Shown here: positions 53,819 through 62,467 of the stretch, piece after piece | Position numbering within the stretch: position 1 is the stretch's first letter | Layout of the letters: each line of letters begins with the position of its first letter | NCBI GenBank assembly: GCA_002763075.1 | Contig: PFDB01000010.1 | Coordinates: 6,553 to 70,552, forward strand | Reading direction: 5' to 3' | Length of the DNA stretch: 64,000 nucleotides | Source of the DNA: Candidatus Pacearchaeota archaeon CG10_big_fil_rev_8_21_14_0_10_34_76 | GTDB lineage: Archaea > Nanobdellota > Nanobdellia > Pacearchaeales > GW2011-AR1 | Notes under the pieces: generated by a model | Database searches by the model: none | Told to the model about the DNA's origin: nothing | Seen by the model: only the letters and a program-made list of their open reading frames with translations | Made by a program: the position numbers and the translations under genes

Positions 53819-54163
53819 ATGAAAAATTCAAAAGATTATAGTTCTATATTCTGGATCCATATGATAGTTAATCTAATATTATACTCATCATGGATTCTAT
53901 TTTCTTGGTATTGGATTCTTATTGGTGAAGTACTGCTTCAAATCCAGTATTATATATTTGGAGGATGTATTCTGACTAAAGCAGAATTCGGAAAAGAAAA
54001 AGAAGATACAAGTTGTATAGGTTATTATATGGAAAAATGGGGAATGATTAAGAAAAACACTCCAAAGATAAAATTTTTCATAAGAGATATTTCTCCTTGG
54101 ATAGTTTTTATTATCGCGCTTATTTGGCAGATACTATTAAAAAATAATCCCTTGCTTTTTTAG
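53819..54163 (+). CDS. membrane protein
   Basis: 114 aa with three hydrophobic helices. It starts 2 nt after the upstream stop. Confidence 0.5.
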   Translation: MKNSKDYSSIFWIHMIVNLILYSSWILFSWYWILIGEVLLQIQYYIFGGCILTKAEFGKEKEDTSCIGYYMEKWGMIKKNTPKIKFFIRDISPWIVFIIALIWQILLKNNPLLF

Positions 54164-54310
54164 TTACCCCATATAGTATTAGAAGTTTTTTACAAAACTT
54201 TCTTAGATTCAGAGTTCTTAACCCAGATAATGGTCAGAATTTCATAAAAGGATTATAAGAAAATTAGTCTTTATCCAAAAATATTTAAACTATAGCAATA
54301 CTATAGACGC

Positions 54311-54550
54311 ATGGAAAATATCACAACAATACAACTAAGAGAAAGCGTCAAAAAAATGCTCGAGCAATTGAAACAAAAAAAGAATGAGACTTATGAAGAC
54401 GTAATTGTGAAACTCATAGATGAAATAGGGGGAGAAAGGAAACGGGTTGAACAACTAATGATTGAAGGTTATAAAGAAATGGCTGAAGAAAGCTTAAAAA
54501 TAACCAAAGAGTTTGAAGCTATTGAAGATTTCAAAGATTGGGAATGGTAA
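54311..54550 (+). CDS. antitoxin candidate (partner of MazF)
   Basis: 79 aa. The N-terminal ITTIQLRESVKKMLEQLK is a beta-strand/helix typical of RHH-type antitoxins. It overlaps the toxin gene by 13 nt. Confidence 0.55.
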   Translation: MENITTIQLRESVKKMLEQLKQKKNETYEDVIVKLIDEIGGERKRVEQLMIEGYKEMAEESLKITKEFEAIEDFKDWEW

Positions 54551-54891
54551 ATATAAAAAAAGGTGACATAATTATCGCTGATTTGGAGCCAGTGAAAGGT
54601 CATGAACAAGGAGGAATAAGGCCTTGCCTTATTATTCAGAATGATTTAGGAAATAAATTCAGTCCAACAACAATAATTTCTGCAATAACTTCCAAAAGAT
54701 TTCTTAAAAAATACCCTACAAACATTGAAATATCCAAAAATGAATCCAAACTTGAAAAAGATTCTACTGTTATGCTAAATCAAATAAGAACAATAGACAA
54801 ATCAAGAATAATAAAGGTGGTCTCTTCTCTGGACAAAGAGACTATGAAAGGAGTTGACCTTGCTCTTAAAAGAAGTCTTGAATTGAATTAA
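54538..54891 (+). CDS. mazF: MazF/PemK family endoribonuclease toxin
   Basis: GDIIIADLEPVKGHEQGGIRPCLIIQND ... TTIISAITSK is the PemK signature. Confidence 0.85.
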   Translation: MGMVNIKKGDIIIADLEPVKGHEQGGIRPCLIIQNDLGNKFSPTTIISAITSKRFLKKYPTNIEISKNESKLEKDSTVMLNQIRTIDKSRIIKVVSSLDKETMKGVDLALKRSLELN

Positions 54892-54894
54892 AAA

Positions 54895-54983
54895 ATCAAA
54901 AAAACGATGCGCCACCCCGCCTTAAAAGATGTTGTTTGAAAATTCTTGAGGTTTAGATTTTCAATGTTTTAGAAAAACTTTGA
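54895..54983 (+). repeat. multi-hairpin interspersed element, copy R4 (truncated)
   Basis: ATCAAAAAAACGATGCGCCACCCCGCCTTAAAAG (2 mismatches to R2 over 34 nt), then TTCTTGAGGTTTAGATTTTCAA and the hairpin CAATGTTTT-aga-AAAACTTTG. Confidence 0.7.
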
Positions 54984-55056
54984 CCTAAAATGTTTTACTA
55001 CTAAACAATTACTAATAAAACGATAGCTTTAAAAATATCTCCCCCTCTTATTTTTT

Positions 55057-56064
55057 ATGCCAAAAAGAATACCTGAAGAAACAAGAGAAGAAATTAAGAG
55101 ATTATACGATAGTGGGAATGGAATATCTCCAGCAGAAATAGCCAGGCAAACAGGAGTTTCGTATGGTTCTGTTTATGGAATGACAAGAGCAAGACAAAGA
55201 ATTAATCCAGAGACAGGTAAGACATTTGCTTCTCAAACAGAATATGGAGATTATCTAACAAGACAAAGAATTAATCCAGAAACAGACAAGCCATTTGCCT
55301 CTAGAGGAGAATATTTAGAGTTTAGAACAAGACAAAGAATTAATCCAGAGACAGATAAGCCATTTGCCTCTAGAGGAGAATATTTAGAGTTTAGAGCAAG
55401 ACAAAGGATTAATCCAGAGACAGATAAGCCATTTGCTTCTGAAAAAGAATATGAAGATTATCTAGTAAGACAAAAAGTTAATCCAGAGACAGGTAAGACA
55501 TTTGCTTCTCAAACAGAATATGGAGATTATCTAACAAGACAAAGAATTAATCCAGAAACAGACAAGCCATTTGCCTCTAGAGGAGAATATTTAGAGTTTA
55601 GAGTAAGACAAAAAGTTAATCCAGAGACAGGAGAACATTTCAAGTCTTTAAGTGAAAGACAAGGTTATCTAGCAAGACAAAGGATTAATCCAGAGACAGA
55701 TAAGCCATTTGCTTCTCAAAAAGAATATTTAGAGTTTAGAGCAAGACAAAGGATTAATCCAGAAACAGACAAGCCATTTGCTTCTCAAGGAGAATATGAA
55801 GGTTATAGTGCAAGACAAAGAAGTCAAAAAGTAAGAAACAGAGAATTAGGTGATTTTATAAGAAGAAGATTAAAATGGATTGGTCTAAATCAAAGTTGGT
55901 TAGCTGAAGAAATAGGTGTTTCTAGACAAGCGGTTAACTTATATGTCGCCGGTAAATCTACTCCGAGGGGTGAAAATTTAAGAAGATTATTATCTGCTCT
56001 GGATATTAAGGAATCAACTAATCTGCCAAAAAGTTTAGAAGATTTAATTGAGGAAAGATTATAA
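55057..56064 (+). CDS. dual-HTH protein with nine tandem 23-aa repeats
   Basis: N-terminal HTH (ISPAEIARQTGVSYGSVYGM), 9 x RQRINPETDKPFASxxEYxxFxx, and a C-terminal XRE-type HTH (LNQSWLAEEIGVSRQAVNLYVAG). Confidence 0.8.
   Translation: MPKRIPEETREEIKRLYDSGNGISPAEIARQTGVSYGSVYGMTRARQRINPETGKTFASQTEYGDYLTRQRINPETDKPFASRGEYLEFRTRQRINPETDKPFASRGEYLEFRARQRINPETDKPFASEKEYEDYLVRQKVNPETGKTFASQTEYGDYLTRQRINPETDKPFASRGEYLEFRVRQKVNPETGEHFKSLSERQGYLARQRINPETDKPFASQKEYLEFRARQRINPETDKPFASQGEYEGYSARQRSQKVRNRELGDFIRRRLKWIGLNQSWLAEEIGVSRQAVNLYVAGKSTPRGENLRRLLSALDIKESTNLPKSLEDLIEERL
55192..55812 (+). repeat. nine in-frame tandem 69-bp repeats
   Basis: Repeat units start at 55192 + 69n. Units 1-2 (55192-55329) and 5-6 (55468-55605) differ at only 4 positions, a higher-order 138-bp duplication. 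Confidence 0.9.
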
Positions 56065-56128
56065 TCTCTTTTTTGGTTATAAATTATAATAAATCTCAAA
56101 TCAGTTATAATAGGGGTAAACTTCTTTT

Positions 56129-56812
56129 TTATCCAAAAACACCACTTCTAGGTCCGAATACCATAAACCAAGCGGTAACAACTGTAAGCACGAATGTCAA
56201 GAAAATAGTCCAGAAATGATCTTCCTTCTTCTTTCTTGTCTCAGAGCGCATTTCTTTGAATATCATATAATTCAATGAGAATAATATAATTGCAGAGATT
56301 AAGAAAACAATCACTGCGCTTGGTATTAAATTATCATTAAACAACATAAAAGCAGTCATAGCCCCCATAAGTCCTCCCATAAAGCCAGCCATCATTCCTT
56401 CCATGAACCCCATCACACCACAGCACTTTCCATTCCATATCCCAAGTACAATTCCAACCCCCATTCCAAAAACGCTTCCAACAAACATACCATTAGTTGA
56501 AGCTACAAAAAATCCAGCCAAAAACCCAGCAATCATTCCTGTTGTCATTCCAACCATCATCCCCGACATACATGGCATTTCCCCATAAGCCCTAACTTGT
56601 CTTATAGCAGGAACAAGGAAAGCATAGCTCAATGCAGCAAAAAACATAAAGAATCCTTGCTTAGACATGAAATCTGGTATTTCGCTAAATCTAAAGAAGT
56701 ACAATATTCCCAAAATAATGAAGGATGTCAGCAATGAATAGAAAATTGTCTTGATTAACTCTCCCTCTACTCTATCCCCATGTTTCACTTCTTTCAAAAA
56801 TTCCCTAAACAT
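56129..56812 (-). CDS. polytopic Gly/Met-rich membrane protein with a CC motif
   Basis: GEMPCMSGMMVGMTTGMIAGF ... WNGKCCGVMGFMEGMMAGFMGGLMGAM across six or seven TM helices. Confidence 0.6.
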   Translation of the reverse strand: MFREFLKEVKHGDRVEGELIKTIFYSLLTSFIILGILYFFRFSEIPDFMSKQGFFMFFAALSYAFLVPAIRQVRAYGEMPCMSGMMVGMTTGMIAGFLAGFFVASTNGMFVGSVFGMGVGIVLGIWNGKCCGVMGFMEGMMAGFMGGLMGAMTAFMLFNDNLIPSAVIVFLISAIILFSLNYMIFKEMRSETRKKKEDHFWTIFLTFVLTVVTAWFMVFGPRSGVFG

Positions 56813-56859
56813 GTTTTCTCCTTGTTTTTTTAATATTTAAGTTCTTTGGTGAATCAAAA

Positions 56860-58074
56860 TCATTTTGCAATCTTGGAAATTTCATCAACTGCCCTAATGA
56901 ATTTCATTGCATCTTCTTCAGTATTATAAAAATAAAATGAGGCCCTAACACTTCCATTAATATTGTGTTTGTTAAACCATCCATGAACACAATGAGCTCC
57001 ACCTCTTACCATAATCCCATACCCTGAATCAAGTATTTTAGCAACTTCATGAGGAGTCATTCCTTTAATATTGAAATTAAAAATTCCATTTCTCAACACT
57101 GAATCGGCAGGTCCTATAATCTCTACTTTTTTATTATCCTTCAACCCATCCGTGATTATTTTATTTAGATTATGCTCATGTTTCCCAATGTTTTTCATCC
57201 CAATCTTCCTCAAATATCTGCATGCTTCTCCAAAACCAATTATTCCAGAATAATTCTGCAATCCTGCCTCAAATCTATGGGGAATATCTTCAGGAACAAA
57301 ATCCTCAAAACTAGAATCTTTTATTGTTTCTCCTCCAACAATAAACATCTTGAGTTTCTCAAGCTCCGAAAACTTGCCGTATAATGCTCCTGTCCCAGAA
57401 GGTCCACACATTTTATGTCCAGAAAAAGCAAGAAAATCGCAATCAATTTTCCCAACATCAATCTCTATGTGCGGAACACTCTGACAAGCATCTATCATAA
57501 CCTTGACTCCTTTTTCATGAGAGAATTTTGCTATTTCATTAATAGGATTTTCAACCCCATCAAGATTACTTATATGTACAATAGAAACAAATTTTGTTTT
57601 TTCATTAAAACAATTTTTAAAATTCTTCATGTTAAAAGTATTATCCAAATTTGATTCGCAAACTACAACTTTTATTCCATTTTCCTCTGCAAGTTTAATC
57701 CAGGGAATTAGATTAGAACTGTGTTCTTTATCTGTGATTATAACCTCATCTCCCTTTTTCCAACTCAATCCACTGATAACTAGGTTTATTGCTTCAGTAG
57801 CATTTCTTGTAAATACAATTTCCTTTTCCTTAGCAGAAATAAATCTAGCAATTTCTCTCCTAGCACTAGAAATTTCTTCATCTAATCTCCTTCCAAATTT
57901 ATGAGAACTTCTTCCAGCACACGCAGTGTAATAATAATAATATTCATTCATTTTATCAATTACACATTTTGGCTTTAGAGAGATGCATGCAGAATCAAGA
58001 TATATGGTCTTAGGATTATTTTCAAGAATAGGAAAATCTTTCTTTATTTTTTCAGCATTAAAACCAAAGATCAT
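56860..58074 (-). CDS. cysteine desulfurase (class V aminotransferase, SufS/CsdA-like)
   Basis: PLP-lysine motif FSGHKMCGPSGTGALYG and catalytic-Cys segment VRGGAHCVHGW. Confidence 0.85.
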   Translation of the reverse strand: MIFGFNAEKIKKDFPILENNPKTIYLDSACISLKPKCVIDKMNEYYYYYTACAGRSSHKFGRRLDEEISSARREIARFISAKEKEIVFTRNATEAINLVISGLSWKKGDEVIITDKEHSSNLIPWIKLAEENGIKVVVCESNLDNTFNMKNFKNCFNEKTKFVSIVHISNLDGVENPINEIAKFSHEKGVKVMIDACQSVPHIEIDVGKIDCDFLAFSGHKMCGPSGTGALYGKFSELEKLKMFIVGGETIKDSSFEDFVPEDIPHRFEAGLQNYSGIIGFGEACRYLRKIGMKNIGKHEHNLNKIITDGLKDNKKVEIIGPADSVLRNGIFNFNIKGMTPHEVAKILDSGYGIMVRGGAHCVHGWFNKHNINGSVRASFYFYNTEEDAMKFIRAVDEISKIAK

Positions 58075-58487
58075 GATACTCCCTCAGAATAATTAGAAAT
58101 TTTGTCTTCCCCAGAATTTGACTTCAACCCGTTTTCCACACTACTTATCACACAAAACCCATTAGAATTTTCACCATTGCAATTTCTATACATAACATAA
58201 TTATATATTCCTACAGCAGAAAAATAGAAAGAAAGAATAGTTATGATAAGAATTACCATTATAATAATTTTATAATTTCTGTAAAATCCCCTTCCTAAGA
58301 CTGGAGAGATTTTCATAAGCCTTCCAGTTATATCGCTTTTAATTCTCTCATCAAATCCGCTTCTGCACTTCCTAAATGTCACATTTCTGAATAAGCAATC
58401 AAAACTTTCAACAGCAAGTTTTCTATATCTGACACTAAATATTCCCATGACAGCCAAAAATGGCAATGCAATCCAACATAATACCAT
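58071..58487 (-). CDS. membrane protein with conserved Cys pairs
   Basis: 138 aa with two TM helices. Cys in FDCLFRNVTFRKC and NCNGENSNGFC. ATGA overlap with the desulfurase gene. Confidence 0.5.
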   Translation of the reverse strand: MVLCWIALPFLAVMGIFSVRYRKLAVESFDCLFRNVTFRKCRSGFDERIKSDITGRLMKISPVLGRGFYRNYKIIIMVILIITILSFYFSAVGIYNYVMYRNCNGENSNGFCVISSVENGLKSNSGEDKISNYSEGVS

Positions 58488-58508
58488 GTTAATATCATAG
58501 ATATTATC

Positions 58509-58538
58509 TATATAACCACTTTTGTGAAACTAGTTTCA
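58509..58538. promoter_or_regulatory. divergent promoter with a perfect 14-bp palindrome operator
   Basis: TGAAACTAGTTTCA (58525-58538). Minus sense: AACTAGTT - 12 nt - TTATATA (58509-58515) - 21 nt - ATG(58487). On the plus side, the palindrome lies 34 nt before ATG 58573 of sensor paralog 3. Confidence 0.7.
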
Positions 58539-58572
58539 TAAGGTTTATTAAGAATAGAAAAATAAGATTATT

Positions 58573-59046
58573 ATGGATAACAAATATGTGGGTTATATAC
58601 TCCTTGGAGTTTCCGCATTGATTATTCTATACATATTTATATTTCAATCAATGATAAATGAGATTGATGAAGGTAGCTGTTCAATTGAAACCTGCCCATA
58701 TCATGCATCATTTAACAAACTTTTATACTTGTCTCTTAGCATTGTTGGAATATTAATAATCGTAGGATTGGTCTTAGTATTATCAAAACCTAAAGAAAGA
58801 ATAGTAATTAAAAAAATTATGCAAAGACCTCATAAAATAAAGCTAGATACCTCATTTCTAAAACCCGAAGAAAAACACGTCCTGAATATAGTATTGGAGA
58901 ACAAAGCAATATTCCAGGCTGATTTGATTGAGAAAACAGGATTCGGAAAGGCCAAAATTACTCGCATTCTAGACAGGCTTGAAGGTCACAATTTTATAGA
59001 GAGAAAACGCAGAGGCATGACAAATGTTGTTGTTCTGAAACAATAA
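58573..59046 (+). CDS. membrane-anchored wHTH regulator with an extracytoplasmic Cys pair (sensor paralog 3)
   Basis: TM1, loop DEGSCSIETCPYHAS, TM2, then the wHTH IFQADLIEKTGFGKAKITRILDRLEGHNFIERKRRGMTNVVVLK. Confidence 0.8.
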   Translation: MDNKYVGYILLGVSALIILYIFIFQSMINEIDEGSCSIETCPYHASFNKLLYLSLSIVGILIIVGLVLVLSKPKERIVIKKIMQRPHKIKLDTSFLKPEEKHVLNIVLENKAIFQADLIEKTGFGKAKITRILDRLEGHNFIERKRRGMTNVVVLKQ

Positions 59047-59047
59047 T

Positions 59048-59680
59048 ATGAAAAAAATATCTCAATTATTTGTAGCATGGTGTTTAGCAAAATCAGAAAA
59101 AACAGATGAAAGTTCGTATGGTAAAATTAAAAGAAAACTTTTCTCAAATGTTTCTGGCAAAATCTTAGAAATAGGTCCGGGGACAGGGATAAATCTCAAA
59201 TATTATCCAAAAAACATAAAGTGGATTGGGATAGAACCTAATAATGAAATGATAAAATATCTTAAGGAGAAAGCCAAAAAGTTAAAGATAGATTACAAGA
59301 TAATAAGAACTAACGCAGAAAAAATTCCTATAAAAAATAATTCTATTGATTTTGTAATTTCTACACTCGTCTTATGTTCCGTAGATAATCAAGAAAAAGT
59401 TCTGAGTGAAATAAAGAGAGTGCTAAAAAAGAATGGTAAATTTCTATTTATAGAACATGTTGCAGATAAAAAAGAAACATTCAGAAGACAAATACAAAAC
59501 CTTGCACCCAAAACACCTTGGAAATTTTTTTCAGATAATTGCAGGCCAAACAGAGAAACCTGGAAATCAATAAATAATTTAGGGTTCAAAAAAGTCCAAA
59601 TTGAACACTTCAACCTTAAAGGAGTCAACCCACTAATATTTATTTTCAAGCCACATATAATCGGTGTTGCTCAAAAATAA
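59048..59680 (+). CDS. class I SAM-dependent methyltransferase
   Basis: ILEIGPGTGINL (motif I) ... SIDFVISTLVLCSV ... LKKNGKFLFIEH. Confidence 0.8.
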   Translation: MKKISQLFVAWCLAKSEKTDESSYGKIKRKLFSNVSGKILEIGPGTGINLKYYPKNIKWIGIEPNNEMIKYLKEKAKKLKIDYKIIRTNAEKIPIKNNSIDFVISTLVLCSVDNQEKVLSEIKRVLKKNGKFLFIEHVADKKETFRRQIQNLAPKTPWKFFSDNCRPNRETWKSINNLGFKKVQIEHFNLKGVNPLIFIFKPHIIGVAQK

Positions 59681-59714
59681 TAATGCTTAAATACCATTTA
59701 GTCTAAGAATAGAA

Positions 59715-59957
59715 ATGTTATCTGTTAGCAGAGCAGCTATATCAATTCTTTTAGGGCAATCATATGGAGGCTCAAGACCAGAAGATAGACCCGCCGACCC
59801 ATACCTAGATCCGAGTCCCAATCCACTATTTGGAAAAAGGATTGTCCAACCACCATTAAGGCCAATAATAGATGAGAGAACAGGGCATGTAATGTATGTA
59901 AGAACTCCTACAATAAATACATGTTCTTCTGATGAAAATAAAGGAGATCAAGACTAA
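59715..59957 (+). CDS. small Pro-rich protein (SSDEN paralog 1)
   Basis: 80 aa. PPLRPIIDERTGHVMYVRTPTINTCSSDEN parallels the next ORF. Confidence 0.45.
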   Translation: MLSVSRAAISILLGQSYGGSRPEDRPADPYLDPSPNPLFGKRIVQPPLRPIIDERTGHVMYVRTPTINTCSSDENKGDQD

Positions 59958-60178
59958 TGTTTCTTACACTAAATCAATTGATAAGAACACTTCAGTTTGA
60001 TGGATCTGTCAGGCAACCTCATGACAATGATAGACAAAATTACTGGTCTGGAGATTATCCAGAAGTCTCTAGTTCAGATCGCGAAGAAATAACAGCCCCA
60101 CCTCTAGTTCGTAAGGTTGATTCAAAGGGATACATGACATATCATCAAAATCCAACCTCTTCAGATGAAAATCACTGA
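59957..60178 (+). CDS. small protein (SSDEN paralog 2)
   Basis: 73 aa. PPLVRKVDSKGYMTYHQNPTSSDEN. It overlaps both neighbouring genes. Confidence 0.45.
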   Translation: MFLTLNQLIRTLQFDGSVRQPHDNDRQNYWSGDYPEVSSSDREEITAPPLVRKVDSKGYMTYHQNPTSSDENH

Positions 60179-60728
60179 TTTAAAGAAACACGGCCTTGGC
60201 TTCACTCAAATTTTCTGGGGAAATGGAAAGGGAAAAAGTACCAGCTCTTTCGGGACAGCTCTAAGAGCCTGTGGAAATGGCTATCGAGTGCACATGGTTC
60301 AATTTATGAAGAATGGAGCAGATTCTTTAGAAGAGCAAATTCCCGGAGAAATAAAGGCCCTTGAAGAATTTGATAACTTTTCCTATAAAAGATTTGGGAC
60401 AGACGGGTGGATTATTAAAAAACCAACTGAAAATCAGATAAAGGCAACTCAAGATGCACTTACATATGTAAAACAATCCCTTCAAAATCCAAATTATGAT
60501 ATAATAATTGCAGATGAAATCCTTTATGCAATTCAGCTTGGTCTTCTTTCAGAAGATGAAATTATTTCTCTCATTGAAAATAAGCCAGAAGGCAAAGAGC
60601 TTATTCTTACAGGTTCTCACGTTCCCTATCCAAGGATTTTTGAAAAAGCAGAGCTAGTGACTGAGATTAAAAAAATAAAACATCCCTATGATTCTGGTTT
60701 CATAGCCAGAAAGGGAATAGAATACTAA
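60165..60728 (+). CDS. cobA: ATP:cob(I)alamin adenosyltransferase (CobA/CobO/BtuR family)
   Basis: QIFWGNGKGKSTSSFGTALRACGNGYRVHMVQFMK P-loop segment, IIADEILYA, and C-terminal TEIKKIKHPYDSG. Confidence 0.8.
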   Translation: MKITDLKKHGLGFTQIFWGNGKGKSTSSFGTALRACGNGYRVHMVQFMKNGADSLEEQIPGEIKALEEFDNFSYKRFGTDGWIIKKPTENQIKATQDALTYVKQSLQNPNYDIIIADEILYAIQLGLLSEDEIISLIENKPEGKELILTGSHVPYPRIFEKAELVTEIKKIKHPYDSGFIARKGIEY

Positions 60729-60750
60729 AAATTAATTCTTTTAGATACAT

Positions 60751-61050
60751 TTAAGCTTCAAGGATACACTCCATAGCTAAAGCAAAACAGCCCTGGATAC
60801 AACCATTAAGTGTAGTCGAATTACTCCAACCACACGCAGTTTGCTTAGCTTCGCATTTATTTACACATTCAGTAAAACAACCTGAACAGGTGCCTCCATT
60901 GTCTACACAGTCATTGAAAGTATCATTGGCTACAACAAAAGGGTCACATGAGTCTGGGTCTAACTGTGCCACAGACTGATCAGCCAATAAAATAACTCCG
61001 ACAACAAGAACTGCAAAAAGCAACCCTGTAGACATTATCCATTTATTCAT
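60751..61050 (-). CDS. secreted small Cys-rich protein
   Basis: Signal/TM helix, then ~70 aa with 10 Cys (CDP..., NDC, GTCSGC, TEC, NKC, TAC, NGC, QGC, MEC). Extended SD AAAGGAGGTGATAAATA precedes the ATG. Confidence 0.6.
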   Translation of the reverse strand: MNKWIMSTGLLFAVLVVGVILLADQSVAQLDPDSCDPFVVANDTFNDCVDNGGTCSGCFTECVNKCEAKQTACGWSNSTTLNGCIQGCFALAMECILEA

Positions 61051-61128
61051 TATTTATCACCTCCTTTAAACTAATAAATAAAAATGTAAATTGGGGTTTT
61101 TATAGATTTCCCCAATATAATCCAATAA

Positions 61129-61497
61129 TTAAGCAGCCTTTCTTTTATTTTTTTCAGTGCCCAGTAGAACCCTTTCTATTGCAGAACCTGCATGTAAGAT
61201 AAGGTCCCATCCCCAAAATTTAGTATAATATCCCTGAGATTCTCCCAAAAACAATGTAGCATAAATAAATATCACAATGGCTAACTCAAATTCTATAGGG
61301 ATATCTATTTTGAAACTCTTTTCGAACAAGAATGGCAAAAATGTAAGTGATAATGTGATAGATGCCACAAAGACGACAAGCCAATTTTGGTTTACAACTC
61401 CTGCAACCATTGCAATAAGGAGAGTTGCCCTTATCACAGATAAAAGAAGAATATGTACATTCTCTTTATTATCAACACTCTTTGGAAAAAATTTCAT
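61129..61497 (-). CDS. membrane protein
   Basis: 122 aa with three TM helices. LGESQGYYTKFWGWDLILHAGSA, then a short basic tail. Confidence 0.5.
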   Translation of the reverse strand: MKFFPKSVDNKENVHILLLSVIRATLLIAMVAGVVNQNWLVVFVASITLSLTFLPFLFEKSFKIDIPIEFELAIVIFIYATLFLGESQGYYTKFWGWDLILHAGSAIERVLLGTEKNKRKAA

Positions 61498-61647
61498 TTC
61501 AACTTTTCTGTTATTTAATACAAGAAACCAGGATTTATAAGGATTTCAATTCATTTTTGATTTCCCACTTCAATAATCTATAATCCTTAATCTCTTAGAC
61601 TATCTTGTCTATATGTCCCAATACTTTTTTACAAATAAATCAAAAAG

Positions 61648-61718
61648 TGGACCCGCCGGGAATCGAACCCGAACCTTCCGACTGCCAGCCGGAAATTCTA
61701 CCGTTAAACCACAGGCCC
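61648..61718 (-). tRNA. tRNA-Ala (anticodon GGC)
   Basis: 71 nt: acceptor GGGCCTG/CGGGTCC containing the G3:U70 alanine identity pair, anticodon arm TCCGG-CTGGCAG-TCGGA, T-arm TCGGG-TTCGATT-CCCGG. Confidence 0.85.
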
Positions 61719-61790
61719 TAACCAATATCAGAATTAAGCCTTTAAAATCATTTAGAATCTGTATGAAGTGCATTAAAAATCAATAAGATA

Positions 61791-62435
61791 CTATTCGCAG
61801 ATTTCTTTTTTAGGTACCTTTTCAGTTGTGTATACGCATGTCAGAATCTTATTTGCATTACCTTCTTCCCCAGAGCTCTGGAAATTGAAAACAAACTGAA
61901 ATTTTTTCTTATTTTCATTAGTTATCATAATTTCCTGAAAATCATAACTAAGAGAATCAACTATTTGATATCCTTCTTCAACCACATGCATGCCAATGCC
62001 AAAATATCCATCTACTTCCGAATCAAGGTTATAAGCATCTAAATCACAATATATGTTTTTATCAACACATACTCCATTTTGTTCATCATTACATTCAGAG
62101 ATATATGTAAAATTCTGAATTGAATAAGATATTTGGCTCTCACGACAATTCTCAGAACTCCCAGAATCACTTCCACTATTTCCTCCACCACCACCTCCAG
62201 AGCTTCCTCCACCATTGCCTCCAGAACCTCCATCACTACTGCCTCCCGAATCAGCCATACTTCCTAAATCATTTTCAGAATCTTTTATTATATTTCCTGA
62301 AATTATAGAATTTTCATCTCCCTCTCCTCCAAAATCTTCTGGATTAGACGGACTTTCATCCGCAATCATTAAATATCCCAAGGCCAATCCTAAAATCATA
62401 ATAATAATCGCTATTAATATCACCTTGATTTTCAT
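61791..62435 (-). CDS. membrane-anchored secreted protein with a Gly/Ser-rich linker
   Basis: N-terminal TM helix, GGSSDGGSGGNGGGSSGGGGGGNSGSDSGSS low-complexity tract, then a Cys-containing C-terminal domain. Confidence 0.6.
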   Translation of the reverse strand: MKIKVILIAIIIMILGLALGYLMIADESPSNPEDFGGEGDENSIISGNIIKDSENDLGSMADSGGSSDGGSGGNGGGSSGGGGGGNSGSDSGSSENCRESQISYSIQNFTYISECNDEQNGVCVDKNIYCDLDAYNLDSEVDGYFGIGMHVVEEGYQIVDSLSYDFQEIMITNENKKKFQFVFNFQSSGEEGNANKILTCVYTTEKVPKKEICE

Positions 62436-62467
62436 ATAGAAATTTAGGCATAAGTTTTTTATAAATC

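Noticed and set aside
55192-55812. CRISPR-like regular repeats
   Set aside because: The repeats are contiguous with no spacers, in frame within a 335-aa ORF, and encode a coherent 23-aa peptide unit. No cas genes are present anywhere in the window.
61129-61497. Possible 3'-truncated pseudogene of a larger membrane protein
   Set aside because: The impression rests only on the abrupt basic tail after ...LILHAGSA. Without a database alignment I cannot show that the family is normally longer.
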